A stretch of DNA of 64,000 bases, from the NCBI RefSeq assembly GCF_009914755.1, contig NC_060930.1; one strand, given 5' to 3'. The translations under genes and the position numbers were made by a program. The stretch is from the human T2T-CHM13v2.0 reference genome, Homo sapiens. The notes beneath the pieces are model-generated. The model saw nothing but the letters and a program-made list of their open reading frames with translations. It made no database searches and was not told the DNA's origin. Below are positions 1-14,451 of this stretch, in pieces. Within the stretch, counting starts at the first letter, position 1. Every line of letters starts with the position of its first letter.

Positions 1-455
1 CAATGAATAAAGAAGTAATCATGGGACAATAACAGCATGAAAAAGGTGACAGGGAATGGAACTACATAGGAATAAAGCTTTTTACACTATTGAACTTAAA
101 TGTATGTTAATCCAAAATAGATTTTCATAAATCAAGATGTTAATTGTGACCCCTTAGGCAACCATTAAGAAAATAAATCATAAAATATATAGTAGAGTAA
201 ATGACAAGAGAGTTAAAATAGTAGACAAGAAAATATCTGTTTAACACAAAAGAAGGCAGTAACAAAGGCGTAGAGAAATAAAAATGACATAAGACAGAGA
301 GAAAACAAATGGAAACATGGCAGATATAAATCATACCTAATCAGCAATTAGATGAAATGTAGATGTTTTAAATACCCTAATCAAAAGGCAGAGACTAATA
401 GTATGTACTTCTAAAAAATCATCCAACCATATGTTGTCTAAAGGGACACAGTTTA

Positions 456-1589
456 ACTTAAATCTAAGACCTGAAACCATAAAAATTCTAGAGAGTAACC
501 CAGGAAAAATTCTTCTGGACATTGGCCTAGGCAAAGAATTTATGACTAAGACCCCAAAAGCAAATTCAACTAAAACAAAAATAAATAAATGAGACCTAAT
601 TAAATTAGAAAGCTTCTGTACAGAAAAAAAAAATCATCAGAGTAAACAAACAACACACCAAATGGGAGAAAATATTTGCAAACTATGCATCCGAAAGATG
701 ACTAATATCCAGAATCAACATGGAATTCAAACAATTCAACAAGAACAAAAACATAATCCCAACAAAAAGTGGGCAAATGATATGAACCCACATTTCTCAA
801 AAAAAAGACATACAAATGGTCAACCAACATATAAACGCAAATTAAAACCACAGTAATATACCACTTTACCCCTGTAAGAATAGCTATTATTAAAAAGTCA
901 AAAAACAATAGATGTTGGCATGGATGTGGTGAAAAGGGAATGCTTACACACTGCTAGTGGGAATGTAAATTAGTACAACCTGTATGGAAAACAGTATGGT
1001 GATTTCTTAAAGAACTAAAAGTAGATCTACCATTCAATCCAGCAATCCCATGATTGGGTATCTACCTAAAGGAAAAGAAGTCATTATATCAAAAACACAC
1101 CTTCACATGTATGTTTATTGTAGCACAATTTACAATTGCAAAGATATGAAACCAACCTAAGTGTCCATCAACCAATGAGTAGATAAAGAAAACATGGTAT
1201 ATATATATATACGCCATGGAATACTACTGAGCCATAAAAAAGAACAAAATAATGTATTTTGCAGCAGCTTGGATGGGGCTGGTGACCATTATTCTGAGTG
1301 ACATAACTCAGGAATGGGAAACCAAATACTGTATGTTCTTACTTATAAGTGGGAGCTAAGCTATGGGTATGCAAAGACATTCAGAATGATAAAATGAACC
1401 ATGGGGACAAAAAAAGGGGAGGTTGGGAGAGGGACAAAAGATAAAAACTACATGTTGGTTATACTGTACACTGCTTAGGTGATGGGTTCACTAAAATCTC
1501 AGACTTCACCACTGCACAATTCATCCATGTAACTAAAAACTACTCACACCCCAAAAGCTATGAAAACAAACAAACAAACAAAAAAAACA
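456..1589 (+). mobile_element. 5'-truncated L1PB-type element
   Basis: ORF2 3' part (acttaaatctaagacctgaaaccataaaa) and L1PB 3' UTR (cagacttcaccactgcacaattcatccatgtaac...aaaagctatg), then an (AAAC)n tail. Confidence 0.85.
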
Positions 1590-1915
1590 GGCCAGGCACA
1601 GTGGCTCACACATGTAATCCTAGCACTTTGGGAGACCAAAGTCGGCAGATCACTTGAGACCAGAAGTTTGAGACCAGCCTGGCCAACATGGCAAAACCTC
1701 ATGTCAAATAAAAATACAAAAAAAAAAAAAAAAATTAGCCAGGCATTGTGGTGCATGCCTGGAATCCCAGCTACTCAGGAGGCTGAAGCAGGAGAATCAC
1801 TTGAACCCAGGAGGTGGATGTTGCAGTGAGCCAAAATTACTGCACTCCAGCCTGGGTAACAGAGTGAGTGAGACTATATTTCAAAAAACAAAACAAGAAC
1901 AAAACAAAACAAAAA
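1590..1915 (+). mobile_element. Alu (S/J), in the L1PB tail
   Basis: Dimeric Alu with A-rich linker and AAAAC tail. Confidence 0.95.
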
Positions 1916-2063
1916 TACCCTGTGAATAGATTTGTAAATAACCACATCAGTGGTTCTCAAGGCTTTTCATCTGGGAAAAAAAAGGGCTTTGATTTACACT
2001 GATATTTACAGTATTGGAAATTTAAAATAAGAAATTCAAACAAGACAGAGAGATACACTTTAA

Positions 2064-2210
2064 GACCAGGCACTGTGGCTCACACATGTAATCCTATCAC
2101 TTTGAGAGGCTGAGTCAGGAGGATCACTTGATGCTGGGAGTTTGAGACCAGCACAGGCAAGACCCCAACTGTATATTAAAATTTTTAAAAATTTTTAATT
2201 TTTTTAAAAA
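2064..2210 (+). mobile_element. FLAM / Alu left monomer
   Basis: Single Alu monomer with AT-rich tail, flanked by gatacacttta / gacacagttta. Confidence 0.85.
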
Positions 2211-3727
2211 AGACACAGTTTAGATTCAAAGAAATAAATAGGTTGAAGGTCAAAGGATAGGAAAATATATACCATGCAAACAATAACAGAAAAAGAGATG
2301 GAGTGGTTATACTAGTATTACACAAAATGGACTAGAAGACAAAAATTTTATGGGCAAAAAAAGACACTTTATAACAATAAAGGGGTCAATCCATTTATGA
2401 AGAGATAACAATCATAAACATGTACACATTACAACAGAACCTAAAAATACACGAGGTTAAAAACTGACAGAATTGAAGGAAAAATATACAGTTTAAAATT
2501 AATAGTTGGAAACTTTGCTCAACTTAGAAAACTCCACAACAGCAAAATATGAATTATTCTCAAGTGCATGTAGAACATTCTCCAGGCTAGATAATAAGCT
2601 AGTCTACAAAACAAGTCTCAATAAATTTAAAAGGATTGAAATCATTTAATGTATGTTCTCTGAACACAATGGAATGAAAATTAGAAATAAATAACTGAAG
2701 AAAATCTAGAAAAATTACAAATAGTGGAAACTAAATAATACAGTCCTAAACAACTGATGAGTCAAAGAAGAATCACAAGAGAAATTAGAAAACACTTTGA
2801 GATGAACAACAAAAACAATATACCAACACTTACAGGATGCAGTGAAACAGCATGCAGAGGGAAATTTATAGCTGTAAAAGCTTACATTGAAAAGGAAGGA
2901 TCTCAAATGAATATCTTAAGAAACTACAAAGAGAAAAAACAAAAGCAAACAGAAGGAAGAAAATATTAAAGATTAGAACCTTGATTAATAAAGCACTAAT
3001 TAAATAAAAATAGAGACACATAAAGAAAATCAAGGACAACAAAGGTTGGTTTTTTGAAAAGATCAACAAAACTGACAAATCTTTACATTAAACTGACCAA
3101 CAAATAAAGAAGACTCAATTACTAAAATCAGGAATGATTTTGTAATTCATTTAGCAGTGATTTTAGTAATTCAAAAGAGAGAACACTGCTATCAACTTTA
3201 CAGAAATAAAAATAATTTAAGAGAATAATATGAGCAATTATACAATAGTAAGTAGATAACATATATAAAATAGGAAAATTCCAAGAAAAATGCAAACTTC
3301 CAAAACTGACTCAAGAAGTAGAAAACCTGAATAAATCCATAATTAATAAAGAGATTGAGTGGGTAATCAAAAATTTCCCACAATGGAAGTTCAAGACCAG
3401 ATGGTTTCACTGCTGAACTCTACTTAAAATTTCAGAAAGAATTTACACCAATCCTTCAAAAACTCTTGCAAAAAACAATAAAAGAGACAGGAACACTTCT
3501 CAACTCATTTCATTAGGCCAGTATTACCTGGATGCCAAAACTAGACAAAGACATTACAAGGAATAAAAAACTACATATCAATACTTCTTATGAATATAGA
3601 TATAAAATGCCTCAATAAAAAACTAGCAAACCGAATCTAGTAACATATAAAGGATTACATATCATAACCAAGTGATATTTATCCCAGGAATACAAGATTA
3701 GTTACATATAAAATCAATTCATGGACA

Positions 3728-4044
3728 AATTATTTATTTATTATTTATTTGTGTATTTATTTTTAGATGGAGTCTTCCTCTGTCACCCAGGCTGGAGTGC
3801 AGCAGCACAATCTCTGCTCACTCCAGCTTCAACCTCCCAGGTTCAAGCCATCCTCCTTCCTCAGCCCCTCAAGTAGATGAGACTACAAGCATGTGCCACC
3901 ACACCTAGCTAATTTCTGCATTTTTGGTAGAGACAGGTTCTCACCATGTCCCCCAGGCTGGTCTTGAACTCCTGAGCTCAAGCAATCTGCTTGCCTCAGC
4001 CTCCCAAAGTGCTAAGATTACAGGTGTGAGCACCATGCCCAGCC
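3728..4044 (-). mobile_element. Alu (J/S)
   Basis: Reverse-complement Alu with (TTTA)n tail. Confidence 0.95.
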
Positions 4045-4431
4045 CAAACCATATTTAAAAAATGAAAAACAAACACCATGTAATCTTTTCAAGAGATGCA
4101 ACAAAAGACAAAATCCAAAATATTTTCATAAAAAGAAAACTATGCAACAAACTAAGACTAGAAGGTAAATTTCTCTATGTGATCAAAGACATCTACAAAA
4201 GTCCGAAGGCTAACACCATTCTTAATGGTAGAAGGTAAAAATCTTTCATTCTAAGACCAGGAACAAAATGTCTGCTCTTACCACTTCTATGCAACATTTT
4301 ACTGAAGGTTCTAGCCAGGGCAGTTAGGGAAGATAACAAAATAAAACACATTAACATTGAAAAGAAGAAGTGAAACTATCTCTGTTTCCAGATACCATGA
4401 TTATTTGTATAGAAAATCCTAATAAATCCAC

Positions 4432-4434
<3 letters not shown>

Positions 4435-4469
<35 letters not shown>

Positions 4470-4478
4470 TATACATAT
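4435..4478. repeat. (CA)n microsatellite
   Basis: Direct CA run. Confidence 0.95.
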
Positions 4479-6204
4479 AACAAATTTTAGAAAAGTTGCA
4501 GGACAAAAGATCAGTATACAAAAATCAAGTGTATTTCTATGCACTAGCAACAAATAATCTGAAATAAAAATTAAGAAAATAATTCCACTTAAAATGCATC
4601 AAAAACAATAAACTACTTAGAAATAAATTTCACAAAAAAAAAAACTGTAAGACTTGTGTACTGCAAACTACAAAACATCACTGAAGAATAAAATTAAAGA
4701 AGACATAAACAGAAACATATCCCATGTTCATGGATTGGAAGATTTAATGTTGTTAAAATGGCAAGACTCCCCAAATTGATCTGCAGATTCAAAGAAATCT
4801 ATGTCAAAATCCCAAGTGCTTTTTTTTTTTTGGTTGAGACTGATGAGCTGATCAAAAAAATTCATATGGAAACGCAAGGGACCCAGAAGAGCCAGAAATA
4901 AATAAAAGCTATGATGACATACTTCTAGATTTCAAAAGTTAAACTACAGTAATCATGACTCTGGTACTGGCATAAAAATAGACATATAAATCAATGGAAT
5001 AAAATTGAGAACCCAGAAATAAACAGTCATATCTGTGGTCAATTTATTTTCAACAAGGGCACCAAAAACATTCAATGAGGAAATAATTGTCTTTTCAGCA
5101 AATGGTAATTGGACAAATGGATACCCACATGCACAATAATGAAGTTATAACCCTACCTCACACCATATGCAACAAATTAACTCAAAAAGGATTAAAGATC
5201 TAAATGTAAAGCTTAAAACTGTAAAACTTTCAGAAGAATGCATAGGAGTAAATCTTATGACACCAAAAGCATAAGCAACCAAAAAAAATAGATAAGTTGG
5301 ACTTCATCAAAATGAAAAGCTTTTGTGTTGCAAAGGACACTACTAAAAAGGGAAGACACAACCCACAGAATATTAGGAACTATTTACAAATCATGTATCT
5401 GATAAGAGACCATATCCAGATACATAAAAACATATACAAACATACAGACTTAAAACTCAACAATAAAAAGGTAAGATAAATAAGCCAATTTTAAAAGGGG
5501 CGAAGGATTGAGATCTACATTTCTCAAAAAAAAAATATATAAGGCTAATAAACATATGAAAAGATGTTTAACATCACTAGTCATTAGGAAAATACAACCC
5601 AAAAGCACAGTGAGATATCACTTCACACCCACTAGGATGGCTATGATCAAAAAAATAGACAATAACAAATGTTGAAGATAATGTGGAGAAACAAGAATCC
5701 CCATACATAGCTGATGGGAATGTAACATGGTGGAGCCTCTTTGGAAAACAGTTTAGCAGTTCCTCAAAAAGTGAAACACAGTTACCATATGACCCAGCAA
5801 TTCTAGGTATACACCCAAGACAATTAAAAATATGTCCACACAAGAACTTGTATGTGAATGTTCATAGTACCATTATTTATAATAACTGAAAGGTGAAAGC
5901 AACCCAAATGTCCATTAAGATATGAATGGATAAACAAAATGATATAGACGTAAAATAGAATATTATTTATCCACAAAAAGAATGAGACACTGATACATGC
6001 TACAAATGAGTAAATCTTGAATGTATTATGCTAAGTGAAATAAGCTAGGCACAAAAGGCCACATATCATATGATTTCATTAATATTAAATGTCCAGAATA
6101 GGCAAACTATATAGAGACAGAAAGTAACTTACTGATTGCCAGGGATTAGGAGAAAGGGAAGCGGAAAGTAACTGCTAATAAATACAGAATTGTTTTGGTC
6201 TTTG

Positions 6205-6217
6205 GTGTGTGTGTATG

Positions 6218-6250
<33 letters not shown>

Positions 6251-6290
6251 ATGTGTGTGTGTGTATGTGTGTGTGTGTGTGTATGTGTGG
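6205..6290. repeat. (TG)n microsatellite, interrupted
   Basis: Direct TG run with TA interruptions. Confidence 0.95.
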
Positions 6291-7177
6291 TGATGAAAAT
6301 GTTCTGTAATTAGATAGTTGTAATGGTTGCACAACTTTGTGAATATACTAAAAACCACTGAATTGTATATTTTAAAAGAAAAATTGCATAGTATGTGAAT
6401 TATATCTTAATCTAAAAAAGAAAAAAGTCAACAGTAAATTAAAATAATCAACTAAAAAATATTAGCTAGATTAAGCAAGAAAAAAATGAAAGAAGACCTA
6501 AAGGGCCACTATCAGGAATGAAAGCGGAAGCATCACAAGTGATCCTATAGAAATGTAAATGCTTATAAGGAAATAAGATGTATAACTTTTGCCAACAAAT
6601 TGGACAATTTAGATGAAATGGACAAATTCCTGGAAACACTCCAAACACCAAAACTGACTCAAGAAGTAGAAAATCTAAATACAGTTATAAAAGGTGAATA
6701 AATTAAATTTATAATAAAAAACCTTCCCACAAAGAAAAACCCAGCCCCAAAATGGCTTCACTGGTGAATCTTATCAAATATTTAAATAGGAAATAATGAC
6801 AATCATATGCAAACTCTCTTGGGAAACAGAGAGAAAAACCTTATCCAATCCATTATGTAAGGCCAATATTACCGTGATACTAAAACAAGATAAAGATATC
6901 ATAAGCAAAGATAATTAGAGACCAACAGTTACATAGACACAAAAATTCTTAACAAAATATTAGCAGACCAAATCTACCAACATCTGAAAAGGAGTATACA
7001 CCATGGCCAAGAAATTTAGCCCACAAATGCAAGGTTGATTTAAGATCCAAAAATTGATATGATACATTATGATAGTAGAATAAAGGACAAAACAAGATTA
7101 TTTTTGCCAGTAGACATAGATAAAGCATTTGATGAAGTCCAATTCCCACTCATGATAAAAACTCTTAATAGGGATAG

Positions 7178-7564
<387 letters not shown>

Positions 7565-7849
7565 TAAATGCATCTGTGGGAAAGTCCTACAGCTAACATA
7601 ATACTTAATGAGGAAAGACTGAATGCTATCCCCCATAAGATCTGGAACAGGAAAAAAAGTTGTCTCACCTCTTCTATTCCACATTTTACTGTAGGTTCTG
7701 GTCAGTGCAATAAGGCAAAAATAATTCAAAGGCACGTAGATTAGAAAGGAAAAAGTAAAACTTTATTCATATATGACATGATCTTGTATGTATAAAATCT
7801 TAATGAATCTGCAAAAATAATAAAAGCCAATTAGAACTGAAAAGCAAGT

Positions 7850-8225
7850 TGCTATGGTTTGAATGTGTCCCCCAAAGTTCATGTATTGGAAACTGAACCC
7901 CCAATGCAACAGTATGGGGAGTTAGGGCCTACTAAGAGGGCTCTGCCCTCATGAACGGATTAATGTCATTATCATGGGAGTAGATTGGTTATCTCAAAAG
8001 TAGGTTTGTTATAAAGTGAGTTCAGCACCCTCTTGTTCTTTTGCACATGCTCTTGTTGCCTTCCACCTTCCACCATGGGATGACACAGCAACAAGGTCCT
8101 GACTAGATGCATCCCCTTGATCTCAGACTTCCCAGCCTCCAGAATCCATGAGCCAAATAAACTTCTATTGTTTATAAATTACCTAGTCTGTGGTATTCTG
8201 TTATAGTAACAGCAAAATGGACTAA
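7850..8225 (+). mobile_element. MaLR solo LTR (MSTB-like)
   Basis: Starts tgctatggtttgaatgtgtcccccaaagttcatg, has AATAAA, ends ttatagtaacagcaaaatggactaa. Confidence 0.85.
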
Positions 8226-8539
8226 AAGTTTAGCAAGATTGCAGCCTACAAGATCAAAAAGTCAAATGTATCTCTATATCCTAACCACAAACTATACAAA
8301 AATGAGATTAAGAAAACAATGCCATTTACAATAGCATCAAGAAGGATAAAATATTTAGAGAGTACATTAACAAAGAAGTGTAAGTTGAAAGATTAAACAC
8401 TGCTAAGAGAAATTAAGGAACATGAAAATAAATGAAGAGACATTTCATTTATTGGGCTGGAAGACTCAATATTATTAAGATAGCAACACTCTCTAAGTTG
8501 AGGTAGAGATTCAATGGAATCTGTCAAAACCACAGCTGG

Positions 8540-10369
8540 ATAAAGTTGCAAGATACACAATCAACATACAAAAATCACTAACATTTCTATGCACTAACAG
8601 TGAACTATTTGAAAAAGAAATCAAGAAAACAATCTCATTTACAATAGTTACCAAAAAAATACTTAGGAATAAATTTAACTGGAAAGGTGAAAGACCTCTA
8701 CAGTGAAAACTATAAAACACTGATGAAAGAAAATGAAGAAGACACAAGTAAATGACATGATATCCTATGCTGATGGTTTAGATTAATTAATACTGTTAAA
8801 ATATTTATACTACTCAAAGTGATCTATAGATTCAATGCAAAACCTATCAAAATTCCATTGACATTTTTCACAGAAATAGTAAAAACAATCCTAAAATTTG
8901 GAGCCACAAAAGACCCAGAATAGCCAAAACAATCTTGAGGAAAAAAAATAATAATAATTCTGAAGGCATCATATTGTTCAACTTTAAAATGTACTACAAA
9001 GCTATAGTAATCAAAACATCATAGTATTGGCATAAAAACAGGCACGAACCAATGGAACAGGATAGAGAGCCCAGAAATAAATTCATGCATTTACAGTTAA
9101 TTGATTTTTGACAAAGTATCAAGAACAATGAGGAAAGAACAATTTCTTCAATAAATGATATTGGAAAACTAGATATTCACATGCAAAGAAAGAAATTAGG
9201 CCAATAGCACAAGGAACAAAAGCAAAAATAGACAAATAGGATTACAGCAAACTAAAAAATATCCTTCACAGCAAAGGAAACAATCAAGAGTGAAGAGACA
9301 ACCTACAGGATGGGAGAAAATATTTGTAAATCATACATCTGATAAGAGATTAATATCCAAAATATATAAGGAACTCAGCTTAATAGCTAAAAAACAAATA
9401 ACCTGATTTTAAAGATGGACAAAAGACCTAAATAGCCATTTCTCAAAAGAAGACATACAAATGGCCAAAAAGTATATGAAAAAAATGTTCACTAGGACTG
9501 AACATCAAGAGAAATGCAAACTAAGACCACAATGAGACCTCACACCTGTTAGAATGACTATTATCAAAAAGATGAAAGATAAATGTTGGTGAGGACGTGG
9601 AGAAATGGGAATCTTTGCACACTATTGTTGGGAATGTAAATTACTACAGTCATTATGGAAAACGGTATGGCTATTTCCCCAAAAATGAAATCTAAAACTA
9701 CTGTATGATCCAGCAATCCCACTACTGAATATATATCCAAAGGAAATGAGATATACGTATTGAAGAGCTGTCTGCTCTCGAATGTTTATTGCAGCATTAT
9801 TCACAATAGCCAAGATATGAAATCAACCTAAGTTTCCATCCACAGATAAATAGATAAAGAAAATGTGGTATATATACACAGTGGAATATTACTCGGCCTT
9901 AAAAAAAGAAGGAAAGAGTGCCAGTTACAATAGCATGGATGAACCTGGAGGACATTATGTTAAGCGAAATAATCCAGACACAGAAAGACAAATACTGCAT
10001 GATCTCACTCATATATGGAATCTTAAAAAGTTGAATGCATAGAATAGAGAGTAGAATGGTGGTTACCAGAGGCTGGGGGATGAGGAGGAAAGCTGCTGGT
10101 CAAAAGGTAAAAAAATTCAATTAGATAATAGAAGGAATAAGCTCAAGAGATCTACTGTACAACATGGTGATTATAGCATACACCAATGTATTATATTCTT
10201 AAAAATTGCTAAGAGTAGATTTTAAGTGTTCTCACCACAAAAAGATAAGCATATGAGGTAATGTATATATTAATTAGCTCAATTGAGCTGTTCACAACGT
10301 ACACATATTTTAAAACATCATGTTGTACACAATAAATATATATGACTTTTATTTATCAGTTATAAAAAA
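8540..10369 (+). mobile_element. 5'-truncated L1MA-type element
   Basis: ORF2 3' half plus L1MA 3' UTR (ttttaagtgttctcaccacaaaaagataag). TSD acagctgg at 8532-8539 and 10370-10377. Confidence 0.85.
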
Positions 10370-11231
10370 ACAGCTGGCTTTTTTAAATAAAAATTGACAG
10401 GCTCATCTTAAAATTCATATAGAAGTGTAAAGGGCCCAGAATACCCAAGACAATTTCTAAAAGAAACAAGAAAAAAGTCAGGGTATTTACACCTGCTTGA
10501 TTTGAAAACTAACTACAGAACTTCAATGATCAGGACATGGTAGTGTGGGTGCAGAGATACAGAATACAGTACAGAAATAAACCTTTAAATTTATGGTCCA
10601 TTTTTTTTACCATGTTGTCAAGGTGATTCAGCAATGGGAAAAGTGTAGTTTTTTCAAAGTTTTTCATGCTTCCTGTTTCCACTGTTTTCTCATGCTTCCC
10701 TGACAACTGAATGTTCATATCTCACAGACAACCACACACACTCACACTCACGAACTTAGCCCCTTGTCTCACAACTCATACACAAATATTAACTCAAAAT
10801 GTATCACAGACAGAAATATAAAGGCTAGAACTACAAATCGTAAGAGAAAAACATAGTAGTAAATCTTTATGATCTTGAGTTAGGCAAATATTTTTTAGAT
10901 ATGATACCAAAAACACCACCTATAAATTAAACATTAATAAATGGACTCTATCAAAATTAAAAACTTTTGCTTTTCATAAAGCACCATCAATAAAATGAAA
11001 AGACAAGCTACAGACTGGGTGAAAATGTTTACACACCACATATCTGACAAACGACTTGAATTCTACATAAATAAGAAACTCTTTTAGCTCAAAAATAATA
11101 AGATAAAACAACCCCATATGAAAACGGACAAGATCTAAAGAGCACTTCACCAAAGAAAGTGTCAAATGAGCATTTGAAGAAATGTCCAACATCAGTAGTC
11201 ATTAGGGACAGGCAGATTAAAGCCTCAGTGA

Positions 11232-11337
11232 AAGCCAGCATGGTGGCATGTGCTGAAGCGGCTGAGGCAGGAGGCAGGAAGGTCACCTGAGCCCAGGAAG
11301 CCTGGGCAACATAACACCATCCCATCTCAAAAAGAAA
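11232..11337 (+). mobile_element. Degenerate Alu monomer (FLAM/FAM-like)
   Basis: Monomer motifs; flanks aagcctcagtgaa / aaactcaatgaa. Confidence 0.7.
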
Positions 11338-12609
11338 CTCAATGAAGTATTACACTCTTATTAAAATGATTAAAATAAAAATACAAGCAGTACCAAGTAC
11401 TGATGAGGATATAAAACAGATCTCTCACATATTGTTGGTAGAAATGGAAAATGTTAAAGCCACTCTAGAAAGTAGTTTGGCTGCATCTAATAAAGGTAAA
11501 TATATATTAACCCTTGAGAAATGAAAACACAGGTTCACAAAAACCTGTATGCATTTTTTATAGCAGCTTTATTTATAACCATCAAAACTGGAAACCATCC
11601 ACATGTCTTTCTACCAATGAATGATTTAGGAAGCTGTGGTAAATCCATTGAATGGAATACTACTCAAAAATAAAAAGGAAGAAACTACTAATACACACAG
11701 CACAACGGATGAATTGTAAATGAATTTTGCTAAGTGAAAGAAGCCAGAACCAAAGGTTACGTGTTATATTACTGTATTCCATTAATGTGACCATCTGGAG
11801 AAGGCAAAACTATATGGATGGAAAACAAATCAGAGGGCTCCAGAGGCCAGGCGTGGGGAGAGGGTAGCTTTAACTACAAAGCCGGCAATAGAAGTGGATT
11901 TTGTGAGTGGCAGAACCATTCTAAGTCATGATGCAGGGTGGATATGCGACTCTATCCATTTGTCAAAACCCATAAAACTGTACACCACAAAGAGTGATTT
12001 TTACTGAGTGTAAACTTAAAAGAAATCAACCACAATATGGGAGAAACCCAAAATGGAATACAAATTGTAATAAATGAATTTAACTATATTACAAATGAAT
12101 AAAAGCAACACACTGAGGACAGTGGGAAAGAGTTACTTTGGGAAGCATCATTTTGAATATATATTGTGAAACTGAAGACAAAAACAACTGCACAAATTCT
12201 GTGTTTTAATTAATAAATTAGTTTCTCACAAGGGCATAGGTTAGCAATTCTGACACTGCTTTATATGCATACCAGGGTTGAACAAACAAACCGTGATATT
12301 TTCATTTTATTAAGTCACTCAGTGTTAGAAAAAGGTATTAGAAACAAGGAAAGAGGAAAGTTAGAAAAAAACTCTGGGGTGTGAACCGGAGTCAGAAGTA
12401 TCATTATCCAACTCAGTTTTTAAATAAATATTGATGTTTGTGTTTGCATGGCGGAGTATACATATGTATAATTCCAAGATCTGTCCCGCTAAAAAGACAC
12501 ACAAGTAAGAAAGCAACAAGCACATTTAGTGCCTGATCTTGTTTCTAAATACCAGTCTCCAATAAAAAGGAATCAGGACTCCACCAAAAATGCTGTTTCT
12601 AGGCTCTGC

Positions 12610-12908
12610 AAGTTCCTTCAAGTCTTTGCTCAGATTGTACCTTATCAATGAGGCTTTCCCCTGACATTTCTATTTAATACTGCAACCTGCTCCCCCATTC
12701 CAGAACTTCTGATCTGCTTACTCCTTTCTCGTTGTTCCCTAACGCTTATCACCTTCCAACATACTAGAAAATTTATTTATGTTTATTGTTTATTGTCTTA
12801 ACTGTCCCCTAGTCTACTTCATTCTCTGATGTGACCCAAACATGTAGAACAGTGATTGGCACATAGTAAGAGCTAAATAAATATTCATTGAAATGAATGA
12901 ATGAATAA
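12610..12908 (+). mobile_element. L2 3' end
   Basis: agaacagtgattggcacatagtaagagctaaataaatattcattgaaatgaatgaatgaat. Confidence 0.85.
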
Positions 12909-13056
12909 TGAGACAAAGACAAGTAACTATAGTGCAGCTGTGTTACAGTGCCGCTGAAGAGCCATTGCACTGACAGCCAACATCTGAGCTGGTTGAGATC
13001 CTTTGAGCAGAGGACTAGAATTCCAGAACACTAGCCAGCAAATAACTGCATGCACT

Positions 13057-13238
13057 CAGGGCCACTGCAAACTCATGAAGTGCCTTTGTGTAAATTAGAA
13101 AGGACACCCCTTCCTCGTGGCAGATGCAGCTCTGCTCCAGGGTGAGGGCTTGGCAACTGAATTTCGCTCCAACCCAAATCCCTTGCCTGGGAGATATTGT
13201 GCAGTGCACAACCTGCCCAATTGTGCATGATGGCCGTG
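13057..13238. mobile_element. MER91A-like hAT-Tip100 element
   Basis: Termini cagggcca / tggccgtg and subterminal ttgtgcagtgcacaacctgc. Confidence 0.6.
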
Positions 13239-14451
13239 CACAGGGCGTAGTGGCCACACACAGACTTTCAGAACCAACAGTTGCAAAAAAACTCTGTCCA
13301 CTGCCATGGCTGTGTCTGGGGGCATCTTGTAGAAACGTCCTGCTCCCTGGTGCTTGGCCCCTATGGCTTCACCCAGAACCCCATCCTGAGCCTGCTTGCT
13401 CAGAACCACCTGGGCACCATGGCAGGCAGGGCCTTTGCCTCGGAGTTGGTTCTTCCTCCTTACTCCCTCTTTTAGTTTCCAAATCTTAGCCCATGACACT
13501 GTCTCTGGATTCCATTGGCTCTATGCCTCAGAGTAACAGCCTCTCCTCTCCTCTTCCAGGCTAACCTCTCTTCCCAAAACCCAGTCTAAGCCCAGCCGTG
13601 CCGACTTTCTGCTTGCCTTGAAGTGGTAACCAGACTGCACTAAATGTCCCCATCACCCCCTCTCCCCTGTGGTCTTCAAGTTGTGCTCCAGAACCCTCAG
13701 GGCTGCTGCCTGAGCTGTGTGGACTTGGAGGGAAGGGGGAAAGGAAACCCAGGGCCAGGACACAGGCTCCCTCAGCCTTGCTTCAACAAAAGCACCTCTG
13801 CTCACAGTATTTATAGCTTTCAAGTACAATTTTTGCCTAGGAAAAAAAAAGTTATATGTCTAAACATTAGGATATAGACATTCTATGCCTTCAGAATGCA
13901 GTCATTTTAACTTGGAGAAAACTTTAAGTAATACTCATCTCCCACTTAAAAGAATTTTAATAGAGAGCCTAAAGAATGATTGGCTTTGAGTGATGGAGTT
14001 ACCTGGTGAGCCCTTCCAGATTAAAATTCTACAAAATGCATGCCTTTGGTGACTTGCTATCTAGTATTAGAAACCAGATTAAAGTTTGGACAAATCTGCT
14101 GTAGATAATGAGTTTGATCTTAAAATGCTTGATCTGTAGCTGTTCTTCCTGAAAATCATTATCTAGCAAGGCCAGAATTTTTTGGTAATCTAAGTGTTCA
14201 CCTCCTAATTTATCTACTCTGGAAGTTCCCATCTTAGTATGTTTGACAGTGCACAGCTATTCTTATGTGGGACCCAATATGTGAATGAGGAAAGTGACCT
14301 ATTGTGAGTCATATTCCTACTTTGTTTAAATTTGACATAAATGTCCCATGGGGGTAAGATGGCCCGTTTGCCAGACCCTAAGGAAGAGATGGGAGTGGAG
14401 GATTAGAGAATGGGAATCATGGGAGCCTCTAAAAATGACCCTCTGAATCAA

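Larger units (their letters stand above)
1..6420 (+). mobile_element. Old LINE-1 (L1MB-like): inter-ORF region, degenerate ORF2 and 3' UTR, interrupted by L1PB, Alus and microsatellites
   Basis: Degenerate ORF2 endonuclease start at ~340-455 resumes at 2211 (gacacagtttagattcaaag). ORF2 remnants at 2757-2969 and 5683-5889. L1MB-type 3' end gaatatactaaaaaccactgaattgta...tatgtgaattatatctt at ~6340-6415. Confidence 0.85.
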
